Source: Promethearchaeota archaeon
Lineage (GTDB): Archaea > Asgardarchaeota > Lokiarchaeia > Sigyniarchaeales > SOKP01
NCBI GenBank assembly: GCA_030599585.1
Contig: JAUVNS010000013.1
Coordinates: 69,782-133,781, forward strand
Length of the DNA stretch: 64,000 nt
Direction of reading: 5' to 3'
Each line of letters opens with the position of its first letter. The first letter of the stretch is position 1. The position numbers were made by a program, and so were the translations under genes. This document shows positions 49,434 to 58,876 of the stretch, in pieces. Under the pieces are notes generated by a model. The model was not told the origin of the DNA and searched no databases. It worked only from the letters and a program-made list of their open reading frames with translations.

Positions 49434-50270
49434 TTACTTTTCCTTTTCTTCTGTTTCTGCTATTTTTTTATCAGACTCTTCAGTTTCATTCATAAGTCCT
49501 TCTACCTTGCTATTATTAGCATCTTCGCCTTCTTTAGTTTCTGGAGTAATTTTTTCTTCCGGTTCCGCTTCTAGTTCTGGTTCTGGTTCTGGTTCCGGTT
49601 CTGGTTCTGGAGGTTTAGGTTCACGAGAAACTATTACTTTAGAGTATCGTATTACATCCTTATCTAACTTCCAACCGTCTTGTATAATTTCTAAAATCGA
49701 ATTATTAGGAAGATCGTCTTTTTCTATAGAACTCAACGCTTCATGGTAAGAATAATTAAAAGGATCGTTAATTTTAACCTTAATTGGTTCTGCTTTATGA
49801 AATTTTAAAATGCTGATAAATTGGTCATAAAATTGCTTTAAAATAGCTTTGTTTTCGTCATCGCCATCCAGAGCTTTTTTAAAGGAATCGTATAAAGGTA
49901 GGAAAGATTTTAGTGTACGTATAGTATAATCAATTCTTAAATTCTGACGATTTTTATTCCAGCGTTTCTGAGCATTCTCGAACTCAGCTTGGAGCCTCAT
50001 ATGTTTATTTTTCCAAGATTCACTTTCTTTTTGGATCTTTTTTAGTGCTTCTCTATCTTTCTTGTTACTTTCTTTAAGTTTATTGTATTTAGCAATTAAG
50101 TCGTCAAGATCGTGGTATTCCAATACTTTCTGTTCTTCGCCCTCTAATAGTTTAATATCTTGCTTTTCTTCTCTCTCTGTTTCTAAATTTCCTTCTTTAG
50201 GTGATTCCGCTTCTTCTTTTTTTATCGATTCGTCAGTCATTTTTTCTTTATCCTTATTTTTTCGAGTCAT
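49434..50270 (-). CDS. grpE: Nucleotide exchange factor GrpE with acidic Pro-Glu tail
   Basis: RLQAEFEN..KR, LP.YD.F, PFN...HEA, Q.G.KL...VIR.SKV.VS; adjacent to dnaK. Confidence 0.9.
   Translation of the reverse strand: MTRKNKDKEKMTDESIKKEEAESPKEGNLETEREEKQDIKLLEGEEQKVLEYHDLDDLIAKYNKLKESNKKDREALKKIQKESESWKNKHMRLQAEFENAQKRWNKNRQNLRIDYTIRTLKSFLPLYDSFKKALDGDDENKAILKQFYDQFISILKFHKAEPIKVKINDPFNYSYHEALSSIEKDDLPNNSILEIIQDGWKLDKDVIRYSKVIVSREPKPPEPEPEPEPEPELEAEPEEKITPETKEGEDANNSKVEGLMNETEESDKKIAETEEKEK
49561..49621 (-). repeat. (PE)n-coding 6-bp microsatellite in grpE
   Basis: ggttct/ggttcc hexamer repeats. Confidence 0.8.
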
Positions 50271-50512
50271 TTTCTCAGAAAATATATATTCTATTAGATT
50301 TCTTTAAGATTCGATTAAATTCTATTTGTAAAATTTGTATATTTTAATGCGCTAGGGTAATTTTAGTAAACTATTATAAAATAAAATTTTTGTCATTTTT
50401 CGTGATTTATAGATCATTATAAGAAAAATTTAATTTTAAAGATAAATTATAATCATAATAGAAATACTCAGAAAAAAATAGCTTAATCGAAAGATTTTAG
50501 TGATTATATATT

Positions 50513-52531
50513 ATGAGTGAAGAAAAAAAAGAAGAACCTAAAAAGACTACAAGTAAAGAGAAGATCATTGGCATAGATCTTGGTACTAGCAACTCCGCTT
50601 GTGCGGTTTTAAGTGGTACGGGTCAGCCAGAGATTATTCCTGCTGCCGAAGGGCGGACATTAGGGGGCAAGGCATTTCCATCGTATGTGGCATTTGACGA
50701 AAATGGTAGAAAAATTGTTGGCGAACCAGCTAGAAGACAAGCTGTGTCTAATCCAGACGGAACAATTACAGCAATTAAACGCAAAATGGGATTGTCGTAC
50801 AAGGCCAAAATAAAAGTTGGAGAGGAATGGAAAGAATTTTCACCCGAAGAAATATCTGCGATGATTCTAAAGAAAATTAAAAACGACGCAAGCGCGTATC
50901 TTGGTCAAGAAGTGAAAAAAGCAGTTATAACTGTTCCGGCATACTTTAACGATGCGCAAAGAACTGCTACTAAGAATGCGGGCGAGATTGCTGGTCTTGA
51001 GGTTGTAAGGATGATAAACGAGCCTACAGCGGCATCTTTAGCTTATGGGCTCGATAAAGACACTAAAGGAAAGCTTCTAAAAATTTGTGTTTTAGATTTG
51101 GGAGGAGGAACCTTCGACATTACTATTATGGAGTACGGAGAAGGCGTTGTAGAAGTTTTATCTACTGCAGGAGATACTCAATTAGGCGGAACTGATATGG
51201 ACAATGCCATAATTGATTGGGTTACCAGTAACTTCCAGAAGAAAGAAGGTATCGATCTTAAGGGAGATAGTAAAGCAATGATTAGAATCAAAGACGCTGG
51301 TGAGAAAGCTAAAATCGAGCTCTCAACTACGTTAAGTACTCAAATTAATTTACCCTATATTACTCAAAAGGATGGAAATCCTGTTCACATAGAAGTTGAA
51401 CTCACAAGGGCAAAATTGGAACAATTAATTGAACCAACTCTAAGAAGACTGGATCCCATAATGAAGAGAGCAATATCCGATGCTAAAATGCCTGTTCACG
51501 AAATTAACAAAATAATTTTAGTTGGTGGTCCAACGAGAATGCCTTCTGTTCAGAAGAGGTTTAAGAATTTCTTTGGTAAAGAACCTGAGCATTCAGTTGA
51601 TCCTATGGAATGCGTTGCTATCGGAGCAGCTATTCAAGGAGGTATTATAGCAGGGGATGTTGATGATTTATTATTGTTAGATGTTACTCCATTATCCTTA
51701 GGGGTAGAAACATTAGGTGGAGTATTTACAAAGTTAATTGAAAGAAATTCTACTATTCCAACTGAAAAACAGCAAATATTTAGTACAGCTGCAGACAATC
51801 AACCAGCCGTGACAATTAACGTTTTACAAGGAGAACGAGCAATGGCAAAAGACAATATACCTTTAGGAATGTTTCACCTTACGGGTATACCCCCAGCTCG
51901 TCGAGGAATTCCACAAATAGAAGTTAAATTCTCGATTGATGCTGATGGTATCGTCCATGTTACTGCTAAAGATTTAGGTACTGGTAAAGAAACAGGAATT
52001 ACAGTTACCGGAGCAAAAGGGCTTACGCCTGAAGAAATTAAAGAGAAAGTAAGAAACGCAGAACAATTTGAAGAAGAAGACAAGTTAGTTAAAGAATTGA
52101 TCGAAGCGAAGAATAATGCAGATTCAATGATTTACCAAACAAGGAACTTAATGGAAGAAAACAAAGATAAAATTGAAGAAAACGAAAAAATTGAAATAGA
52201 GAACGCTCTAAAATCCTTAGAAGAAGACGTTAAAACAGATGACCTTCAGAGAATTAAACTAGGAGTCGAAAACTTACAAAAATCTATGCATAATTTCTCT
52301 CAAAGAATTTACGCTCAACAATCCCAAGACCAAGTGTATCAACAAGCAGCTCAACAAGCTCAACAAGCTGCTAGTGGAATGGGAGAAATGCCCCCTGGCG
52401 GAATGGGTGGAGTTCCCCCGGGTGATATGGGCGGAGCTGGTGCCGGTGGAGCGTCTTATAAGAAAGATAAGGACAAAAAAGACAAGGATAAAAAAAAAGT
52501 CGTAGATGTAGATTGGGAAGAATCTGACTAA
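50513..52531 (+). CDS. dnaK: Chaperone DnaK (Hsp70)
   Basis: [44 protein letters not shown]. Confidence 0.98.
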   Translation: MSEEKKEEPKKTTSKEKIIGIDLGTSNSACAVLSGTGQPEIIPAAEGRTLGGKAFPSYVAFDENGRKIVGEPARRQAVSNPDGTITAIKRKMGLSYKAKIKVGEEWKEFSPEEISAMILKKIKNDASAYLGQEVKKAVITVPAYFNDAQRTATKNAGEIAGLEVVRMINEPTAASLAYGLDKDTKGKLLKICVLDLGGGTFDITIMEYGEGVVEVLSTAGDTQLGGTDMDNAIIDWVTSNFQKKEGIDLKGDSKAMIRIKDAGEKAKIELSTTLSTQINLPYITQKDGNPVHIEVELTRAKLEQLIEPTLRRLDPIMKRAISDAKMPVHEINKIILVGGPTRMPSVQKRFKNFFGKEPEHSVDPMECVAIGAAIQGGIIAGDVDDLLLLDVTPLSLGVETLGGVFTKLIERNSTIPTEKQQIFSTAADNQPAVTINVLQGERAMAKDNIPLGMFHLTGIPPARRGIPQIEVKFSIDADGIVHVTAKDLGTGKETGITVTGAKGLTPEEIKEKVRNAEQFEEEDKLVKELIEAKNNADSMIYQTRNLMEENKDKIEENEKIEIENALKSLEEDVKTDDLQRIKLGVENLQKSMHNFSQRIYAQQSQDQVYQQAAQQAQQAASGMGEMPPGGMGGVPPGDMGGAGAGGASYKKDKDKKDKDKKKVVDVDWEESD

Positions 52532-52724
52532 ATTATTTCTGAACCAGATTTGAATAATCTCAATTAAATTTCTTTTTCTTATTTTTATGTATTTTACATT
52601 CTTATATATTAAAAGTTTAAATAATTCTTTTTAGATAGCCTAATACCTAAAAAGATAAATTTCATAATTAATTTTAATTAATAGTATTTAAGCTCGTTGG
52701 GGATTCTAGCGAGACATAAAGATC

Positions 52725-53855
52725 ATGAGCAGGAATAATAAAAGGGATTACTACGAAATATTAGGTCTAGAAAGGAATGCGAATGAAAACGACATTAAAC
52801 TTGCTTATAGACGTTTAGCAAGGAAACTCCATCCAGATCTAAATAAAACTGATCCAAAAGCAAAGGAAAAGTTTATTGAACTCCAAGAGGCTTACGAAGT
52901 TCTAAGCGATTCTAATAAAAGAAGCAATTACGATCGATACGGTTTTAGTGGTGTAAATGTCGATATGAGTGGCTTTTCCAGGGGTGGAATTCCAGGCATT
53001 GATGAATTACTCAAATCTATTTTTGGAGGTGGATCCATCTTTGGAGGAGATGATTTTGGATTTGGAAGTATTTTTGGTTCCAGAGGTAGAGGACGCTCAG
53101 CTCCCCGCCGAGAAGTTGGTCAAGATATCGAAGGTTACGTAGAAATCACATTTGAAGAAGCGATGTTTGGTGTCAAAAAAGACGTGGTTATTCAGAGATA
53201 TACTCCATGTGATGAGTGTGAAGGTACTGGAGCAGAAGATCCTTCAAGCGTAAAGACATGTCCGCAATGTGAAGGGGGTGGAAGGGTGAGGAAAATGACC
53301 CAATCTGGCTTTGGAACAATAATCCGAGAATCTGAATGCTATGCTTGTAATGGCACTGGTAAAATCATTAAAAAAAAATGCTCCGTGTGCAATGGAAAAA
53401 AAGTAGTTCCTGAAACTAAAACTATTCACATTAATACTCCACCTGGAGTAGAAAATGGAGTACACCTCAAAGTCCAAGGAGCAGGGCATATCCCATCTAG
53501 TAGAGCTATTCCTGGTGATCTCTATTTAGGTATAAGAATAGAAGAAAATGATCAATTTATTCGTCGTGGAAACGACCTCTTTACTCCAATTATTCTAGAT
53601 TTTGTTACAGCGATTTTAGGCGGAGTGATTTCCGTTCCTACTTTAGATTATAAGAATGAAAAAAAAACTGAGCGAGAGATGAAGATTCCCCCAGGAACTC
53701 AGCATGGTACAGAATTTAGAATTAAAAATAGAGGCGCCTCATATCTCAGAGGAAAAGGTAAAGGGGACCAATACGTAGTAGTATCTGTGGAAATTCCGAA
53801 AAAAGTAACTGAAGAACAGAGAAAACTATTAGAGAAATTCAAAGCTTTAAATTAG
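52725..53855 (+). CDS. dnaJ: Chaperone DnaJ
   Basis: J domain with HPD, G/F region, four CxxCxGxG-type motifs. Confidence 0.97.
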   Translation: MSRNNKRDYYEILGLERNANENDIKLAYRRLARKLHPDLNKTDPKAKEKFIELQEAYEVLSDSNKRSNYDRYGFSGVNVDMSGFSRGGIPGIDELLKSIFGGGSIFGGDDFGFGSIFGSRGRGRSAPRREVGQDIEGYVEITFEEAMFGVKKDVVIQRYTPCDECEGTGAEDPSSVKTCPQCEGGGRVRKMTQSGFGTIIRESECYACNGTGKIIKKKCSVCNGKKVVPETKTIHINTPPGVENGVHLKVQGAGHIPSSRAIPGDLYLGIRIEENDQFIRRGNDLFTPIILDFVTAILGGVISVPTLDYKNEKKTEREMKIPPGTQHGTEFRIKNRGASYLRGKGKGDQYVVVSVEIPKKVTEEQRKLLEKFKALN

Positions 53856-53861
53856 CTACAA

Positions 53862-54365
53862 CTACTCATCATTAGTAAGTCTATTTTGAGTGGTAAGTGC
53901 GAGTTCAATAGCTTTTACTTCAGCTCTGGATTTGATTCTTGTGTTACGCTGTAAATGCTCGAGAATTTTTTTTTCATTGTATCCCATATGAAATAGTTGT
54001 TTATAACTCTTAATTGCGCCTTCGTTGAGAAATATATACCGCTGATTTAGAAATACTATCAACCATTTTTTATTTTTCTGATTTTTGGATAACAAGAATA
54101 GAATATTCCTAATGTCTTCTAAAGGACGCTCCAATTTCTTAGAAATTTCTTTGTCGCTTATATATGAATAGTCTCGAATTATTCTTAGAAGGCTTCTCTT
54201 AGAAGAAAGCGAAATTAAAAAGGATGCTAAGTATACTACGAAAACTAAACTTGCTAGGAATATTCCTATTAATTGATTAAACATGTAAATAATTAGTATA
54301 ATTCCTAACGTGATAAAATATATGCTTGTCTTAATGTATTTAAGATATTTCGATAGAAGAGTCAT
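53862..54365 (-). CDS. 2-TM membrane protein with winged-helix/HTH-like cytoplasmic domains
   Basis: Two N-terminal hydrophobic helices; ISDKEISKKLERPLEDIRNILFLL followed by a beta-hairpin (WLIVFLNQRYIF); ATGA overlap with the upstream gene. Confidence 0.65.
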   Translation of the reverse strand: MTLLSKYLKYIKTSIYFITLGIILIIYMFNQLIGIFLASLVFVVYLASFLISLSSKRSLLRIIRDYSYISDKEISKKLERPLEDIRNILFLLSKNQKNKKWLIVFLNQRYIFLNEGAIKSYKQLFHMGYNEKKILEHLQRNTRIKSRAEVKAIELALTTQNRLTNDE

Positions 54366-56371
54366 CTTACAGTACTTTTAATTAACGGTGATTTTAGTTT
54401 ATATTGTGCTTTTTTATTCTCAGGAGGCTTCAGGTTTTGTATCGCACTTTCAATAGCTTCAAGTTTTATAGAATACTTTTCGAATAGCTCGGTAAAACTA
54501 TTAATATCGATATCGTTATTCTCATAGAGAATCTTCAATTGTTTTATAGTTCGACCGATACCTGCTTTGCTATTTTTTAACTCATCTATCCTATTAAAGT
54601 TTACTAATACATCAGACATCAAGTTCTTATAACGTAAATAAGCGTCGAAGTTGATATCTGTTTGTTTGTATTTGGTTAAGAAATTAGTTGTTCTTGGAAT
54701 AAATGGCGCCAAGTTTTCAGGAACTATTATAAGTGGTTCCGGATCCTGAATATCCAATGCTTCGTTATCCTCTATAAGCTCTACATCGTTTTGTAGAATA
54801 TAGTCATTTACTATTGACAAGTTATTTTTTATGCAATCTTTCTCAACAGGGTTTATTGTTTCTTGTAACATTTTTTCCCATAAATCTTCTGCTTTGTGGT
54901 AGTAATAGTTTGCCCTCTTCTGTAATTTATCTGCATTTTCTTCATTTATTTCATCAGTTGACAATTGTAATAAGGATTTGGCCTTCAAATGGCAAGCTCT
55001 GCCTATATCATACTGATATTGAGCTTTGTATTGATTTTCTTTAATTTTATCGTTTCTTTTAACAAATGCTAATCGTTTGGTTAATGCGCTCAATCCTGCT
55101 GATAAATTCGCAGCCATTGAATAATTTCTTTTATTTTCTTCGCTTAAAGTAGCAAGAGCTTGAGCAGATATTCGAGATTCTTCAGAATTTAATTCAAGAT
55201 TCTCTACAGATAATGTAAAGCCTTTACTTTCCTGTCTAGTGCATGCAGCACTGAAATATGCTGCAGTTTTATACATCTTACTACATTCTACCATAGCCAC
55301 TATTGCGTTTTCCATTAAATTTTCTGCTTCGTATTTTTTAGAAAGATTTGAATAAGCTTGCGCTGAAATCCATAACACGCGCGAACACTCGAATATTAAA
55401 TCCCAGATTTTAATTTCTTTTTTATCTAAGGGATCATAGAACGTAGTGGAAATATTAAGTTCTTTAAAGATCTTAATTTGACTTTGGGTTTTATAATTCA
55501 CATTTAGGATTTTTATATAATCTATAATATAATTAAGCTGAGAAAAGGAGAACTCTTCATTTTTCCATAGTGCATCTTCTAAATTCTTAATTTTATAGTG
55601 TAAAAAACGAATTTTTTGCATTTTATCTAAAGGAAAAAAGGTTTTCAGAATTGATGGACTGCGTGTCGGTTTTTTTTTTCGACCTGTTTTAATATTAATT
55701 TCATTACTGGCTCTCTTGGTTGATTTACCTTCAACATTCTGCATTTTTATATACAGTTTTTCCCTTTTTGGACTTTTTGTACCAGTTTTTAGTTTTTGAG
55801 GATATTTCTTAATTTTAAATTTTGTTGAAATAGAAACTTTGTTTAGTTTTGGTGCTTTAGCTAATTCTTTTGGAATTTTAATCTCTTTTTTATGTTCAAG
55901 GGGTATTATATCTACATCGTATTCATTTCTTTCATTTATCCTCATATTCTCAAGATATTTATTCGCAATATCGATGTACCTTTTTGCATTCGATATTTCA
56001 ATACCCCTTAATCTGGAAATATCTTCTACATTAGATGAAGCGAGTTTTCTTATGGAATCTATATTAAGTTTGTGGCGGCTCGTTCCAAATATCATTAGAT
56101 CACAAGCTTTCTTTCCTGATACTGCTGGATTTTTATCTTTTTTAATAATATTTTGGATTCTTTCTCTTGTCCTTATACTCTTTAGATGCTTCTTAGCGAT
56201 TTCAATATACATTTTCGCATTACTAACTCCAATACCATCTATTTTAATCAAATCTTCTACGGTCGAAGATGCGAGTTTTTCTATAGAATCTATCCCTTTT
56301 TGTTTCATCCTTTCTGCATTTAATATTCCGATACCATTAGCTATTTGCATAATTGAGTGCATATTAATCAC
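54362..56371 (-). CDS. Tandem HhH + BRO1-like + steadiness-box-like fusion protein (putative ESCRT-associated)
   Basis: HhH GIG..A/IDSIEKLA..LIKIDGIG twice (aa 4-141); Lys-rich linker; helical domain aa ~245-555 with TFYDPL..DLIFECSRVL..YSNL; hairpin AGIGRTIKQL..IDINSF (aa ~595-648). HhH call is firm; ESCRT-domain calls are by eye. Confidence 0.6.
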   Translation of the reverse strand: MINMHSIMQIANGIGILNAERMKQKGIDSIEKLASSTVEDLIKIDGIGVSNAKMYIEIAKKHLKSIRTRERIQNIIKKDKNPAVSGKKACDLMIFGTSRHKLNIDSIRKLASSNVEDISRLRGIEISNAKRYIDIANKYLENMRINERNEYDVDIIPLEHKKEIKIPKELAKAPKLNKVSISTKFKIKKYPQKLKTGTKSPKREKLYIKMQNVEGKSTKRASNEINIKTGRKKKPTRSPSILKTFFPLDKMQKIRFLHYKIKNLEDALWKNEEFSFSQLNYIIDYIKILNVNYKTQSQIKIFKELNISTTFYDPLDKKEIKIWDLIFECSRVLWISAQAYSNLSKKYEAENLMENAIVAMVECSKMYKTAAYFSAACTRQESKGFTLSVENLELNSEESRISAQALATLSEENKRNYSMAANLSAGLSALTKRLAFVKRNDKIKENQYKAQYQYDIGRACHLKAKSLLQLSTDEINEENADKLQKRANYYYHKAEDLWEKMLQETINPVEKDCIKNNLSIVNDYILQNDVELIEDNEALDIQDPEPLIIVPENLAPFIPRTTNFLTKYKQTDINFDAYLRYKNLMSDVLVNFNRIDELKNSKAGIGRTIKQLKILYENNDIDINSFTELFEKYSIKLEAIESAIQNLKPPENKKAQYKLKSPLIKSTVR

Positions 56372-56648
56372 ATAATATTGAATTCAGTACCTATATGATA
56401 CTTATTCAATTGTTCATTTTAAACTTAATCAAATCCTTCCGACAAATTTAGAATAAAGAAAATATGTTTTGTTATAACAAAAGATAAGTTAGCTGATAAC
56501 AATCTGAGTATAACTTAAGTTTTGCAGAAATTATCAATTGGTTCACATTTTTTCTTTTGCTATTTAGTTAAGTAAAACTTTAATGATTAGGAGAACAATA
56601 TATCTATGGGCAAGTATAATCAAAATTAAATTAGTCATAATAATTTGA

Positions 56649-57626
56649 ATGAACGATAATAATTTCGATAATTTCAGTCAGTATTTTAATAACTGGCAAA
56701 AAAATATTATTAATTTTACTCTTAAAAGGAATTTGGCTGATAAGGAGCTCGAGAATTATATTAAAAGTGTCCAAACTATCGATTCTGAAATTTATAAAGC
56801 ATTTTTCATTGCTAAAGAGTATTATAACAAAAAACACCGCTACTATAATCAGAAGATCAAAAGATTAAAACAAAAGCAAATTGAATTTAACCAGCTTTTA
56901 GATTACGTAAATAGAGAGAAGAAAAACCTTACAGAACTAAAAGTTAAGGATGAAATTTCCACCTCAATAAGATATATTAAACAATCACTTGTAGAGATTG
57001 AAAATAAAATCAATAATTTAAGCAATCAAATTGAAGAACTAAGTTTAGATGTAGACGAGGAAAACAATATCATAGAAGATATCAAAAATTTAGACAAGGA
57101 TAAGCAAATAAATCTTAGGCATTTACAGAAACTCGAACAGGATTTATTTAGAGAAATGCAAGTTAATATTTATTATAAAACTAAAAGAACTTTTGAAATT
57201 CTTGAAGCCAATTTAAAAGAAATACCTAGAAATTTAAATAAATGGTCTAAAAAGAAAGTACAAACCCATAGAAAAATGCTTGATTTATATCGTAAGGCTA
57301 AGGTTTTTGAAAATGTTAAAAAACAAATAGAAAATGAAATACTCAGGGCTAAACAAGCAACAGATAGATATCTCCAGCTTTATTCTGAACTGACAAACCA
57401 GAAGAAAAATGAATTAATCGAAGAACAGTTAAGGTTTTATAAAAATAAAGCCAAATTTAAGGAACAACGCGTAGTAACTACTAAGTACATCATTAAAAAA
57501 AAGAGAAAACAGAAGAAATTTAGGAATGAGAAAGTAGAAATTGCATTAGAGAAACAAAAATCTGGAAAGAAATTAGATTTTTACGAATTAAAATTAATTT
57601 TTGACCATTCAAAAAAAAAAGAATAA
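56649..57626 (+). CDS. Archaeal coiled-coil protein (COG1340-like)
   Basis: Heptad-rich; L..DEE..I; C-terminal ALEKQKSGKKLDFYEL. Confidence 0.65.
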   Translation: MNDNNFDNFSQYFNNWQKNIINFTLKRNLADKELENYIKSVQTIDSEIYKAFFIAKEYYNKKHRYYNQKIKRLKQKQIEFNQLLDYVNREKKNLTELKVKDEISTSIRYIKQSLVEIENKINNLSNQIEELSLDVDEENNIIEDIKNLDKDKQINLRHLQKLEQDLFREMQVNIYYKTKRTFEILEANLKEIPRNLNKWSKKKVQTHRKMLDLYRKAKVFENVKKQIENEILRAKQATDRYLQLYSELTNQKKNELIEEQLRFYKNKAKFKEQRVVTTKYIIKKKRKQKKFRNEKVEIALEKQKSGKKLDFYELKLIFDHSKKKE

Positions 57627-57826
57627 ATTAATATTATTTTTAACTTAATTCTTCGAATTATTTTTTTGTTAGTAAATTCTTTTCTTTGTGAGTAAAAAGT
57701 TTTATTTTTACATAATACCTAAAGCCAAAGTTCAATTTCTAAACTATTTTTGCATGTAAATTCTAAGTTTACACTTTTTCCAACCATAAACCTTAAATAT
57801 TTAATTTGTGCTATAAACATTTGGTG

Positions 57827-58615
57827 ATGTTTCCTAACGCAAAACCAAGTCTCCAAAAGGAGACCAATGGCAGTTATTCCTATACTGTTATAGGGATTTT
57901 AGTATTTTCTACCCTTGCTATTTTCGTGGGAAGCTCTTTGGGAGTGATAATTTTTGACAATGTTTCCGAAAATTCCAATACTAACGCTCTACCTATAAGT
58001 GTAGAACCGCTATATACATTGGAATGCAATAAACCGGAAAATATTTTGGATACAGTCATAGAGGCTGAATCGGGTTGTCGTGACGAGCCAGTAGATCAAC
58101 TAGTTTACAATCCTAAACTTCATTATGTCGAAGTGGGTGAAATAAAGTTTGTAGAAGATAGTTTTGTTGATGACTTACCTATTTGTATGAGCATAGAGTA
58201 TGGCTTAGAACAATGGGTTGTTATTGGCGTTAAAGGTGGCTACACACCTACATTAAAAGATTATTTCGGAAACCCTGCTTATTCTGCTTATGGATTAATG
58301 TATTTGAGAGATGCAGATGGAAATATCGTATATAACGATTGTAATCCAGGAATGTTCGTTGGCTGGTTATTAGATTCTTATACGGAAATCTTATGTCCAG
58401 ATGACCCAGACTGTTGCTGGACTTATTATAATTTCACACTCAATCCTGAACTTTGCATGAATTGGGTCTGTCTAGATAGTAGTTACGATTTAGATGGACA
58501 ATTCCATCAAGAAAAATTTTATACGATTGAATATGATACCCATTGGAAGGGTTGTGAATTCGATTATATACTGGCACACGTAAATCGTGTCCCCGAAATC
58601 CCCAACTCCCGATAA
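57827..58615 (+). CDS. Hypothetical N-terminally membrane-anchored, acidic Cys-rich extracellular protein
   Basis: Single TM near the N-terminus; many Cys and Asp/Glu; start uncertain (57806 TTG or 57827 ATG). Confidence 0.65.
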   Translation: MFPNAKPSLQKETNGSYSYTVIGILVFSTLAIFVGSSLGVIIFDNVSENSNTNALPISVEPLYTLECNKPENILDTVIEAESGCRDEPVDQLVYNPKLHYVEVGEIKFVEDSFVDDLPICMSIEYGLEQWVVIGVKGGYTPTLKDYFGNPAYSAYGLMYLRDADGNIVYNDCNPGMFVGWLLDSYTEILCPDDPDCCWTYYNFTLNPELCMNWVCLDSSYDLDGQFHQEKFYTIEYDTHWKGCEFDYILAHVNRVPEIPNSR

Positions 58616-58662
58616 AATATACATCGCCTGTTAAAACTTAACAGTTTGAATAACTGTTTGAT

Positions 58663-58697
58663 TGGCAAGTAATCTTGCTATTTTTCTTTTTTTTTTT
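58663..58697 (+). terminator. Hairpin + long T-tract terminator
   Basis: tggcaag-taat-cttgcta followed by tttttcttttttttttt. Confidence 0.6.
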
Positions 58698-58876
58698 AAT
58701 TTTTTGTAAAATATCTAAAGATTATAGGAAAAACACTATCTTCTTATCAGAAAGCGGTATCCTGAAAACAGATAATTACCAAATTTAAAGATGATTTAAA
58801 ATATCAGTTTTTTAATTAATTAAAAAAAATAAAATAAAATTTTAATACCAATTTTTATCCAATCTAATTCCGATTT

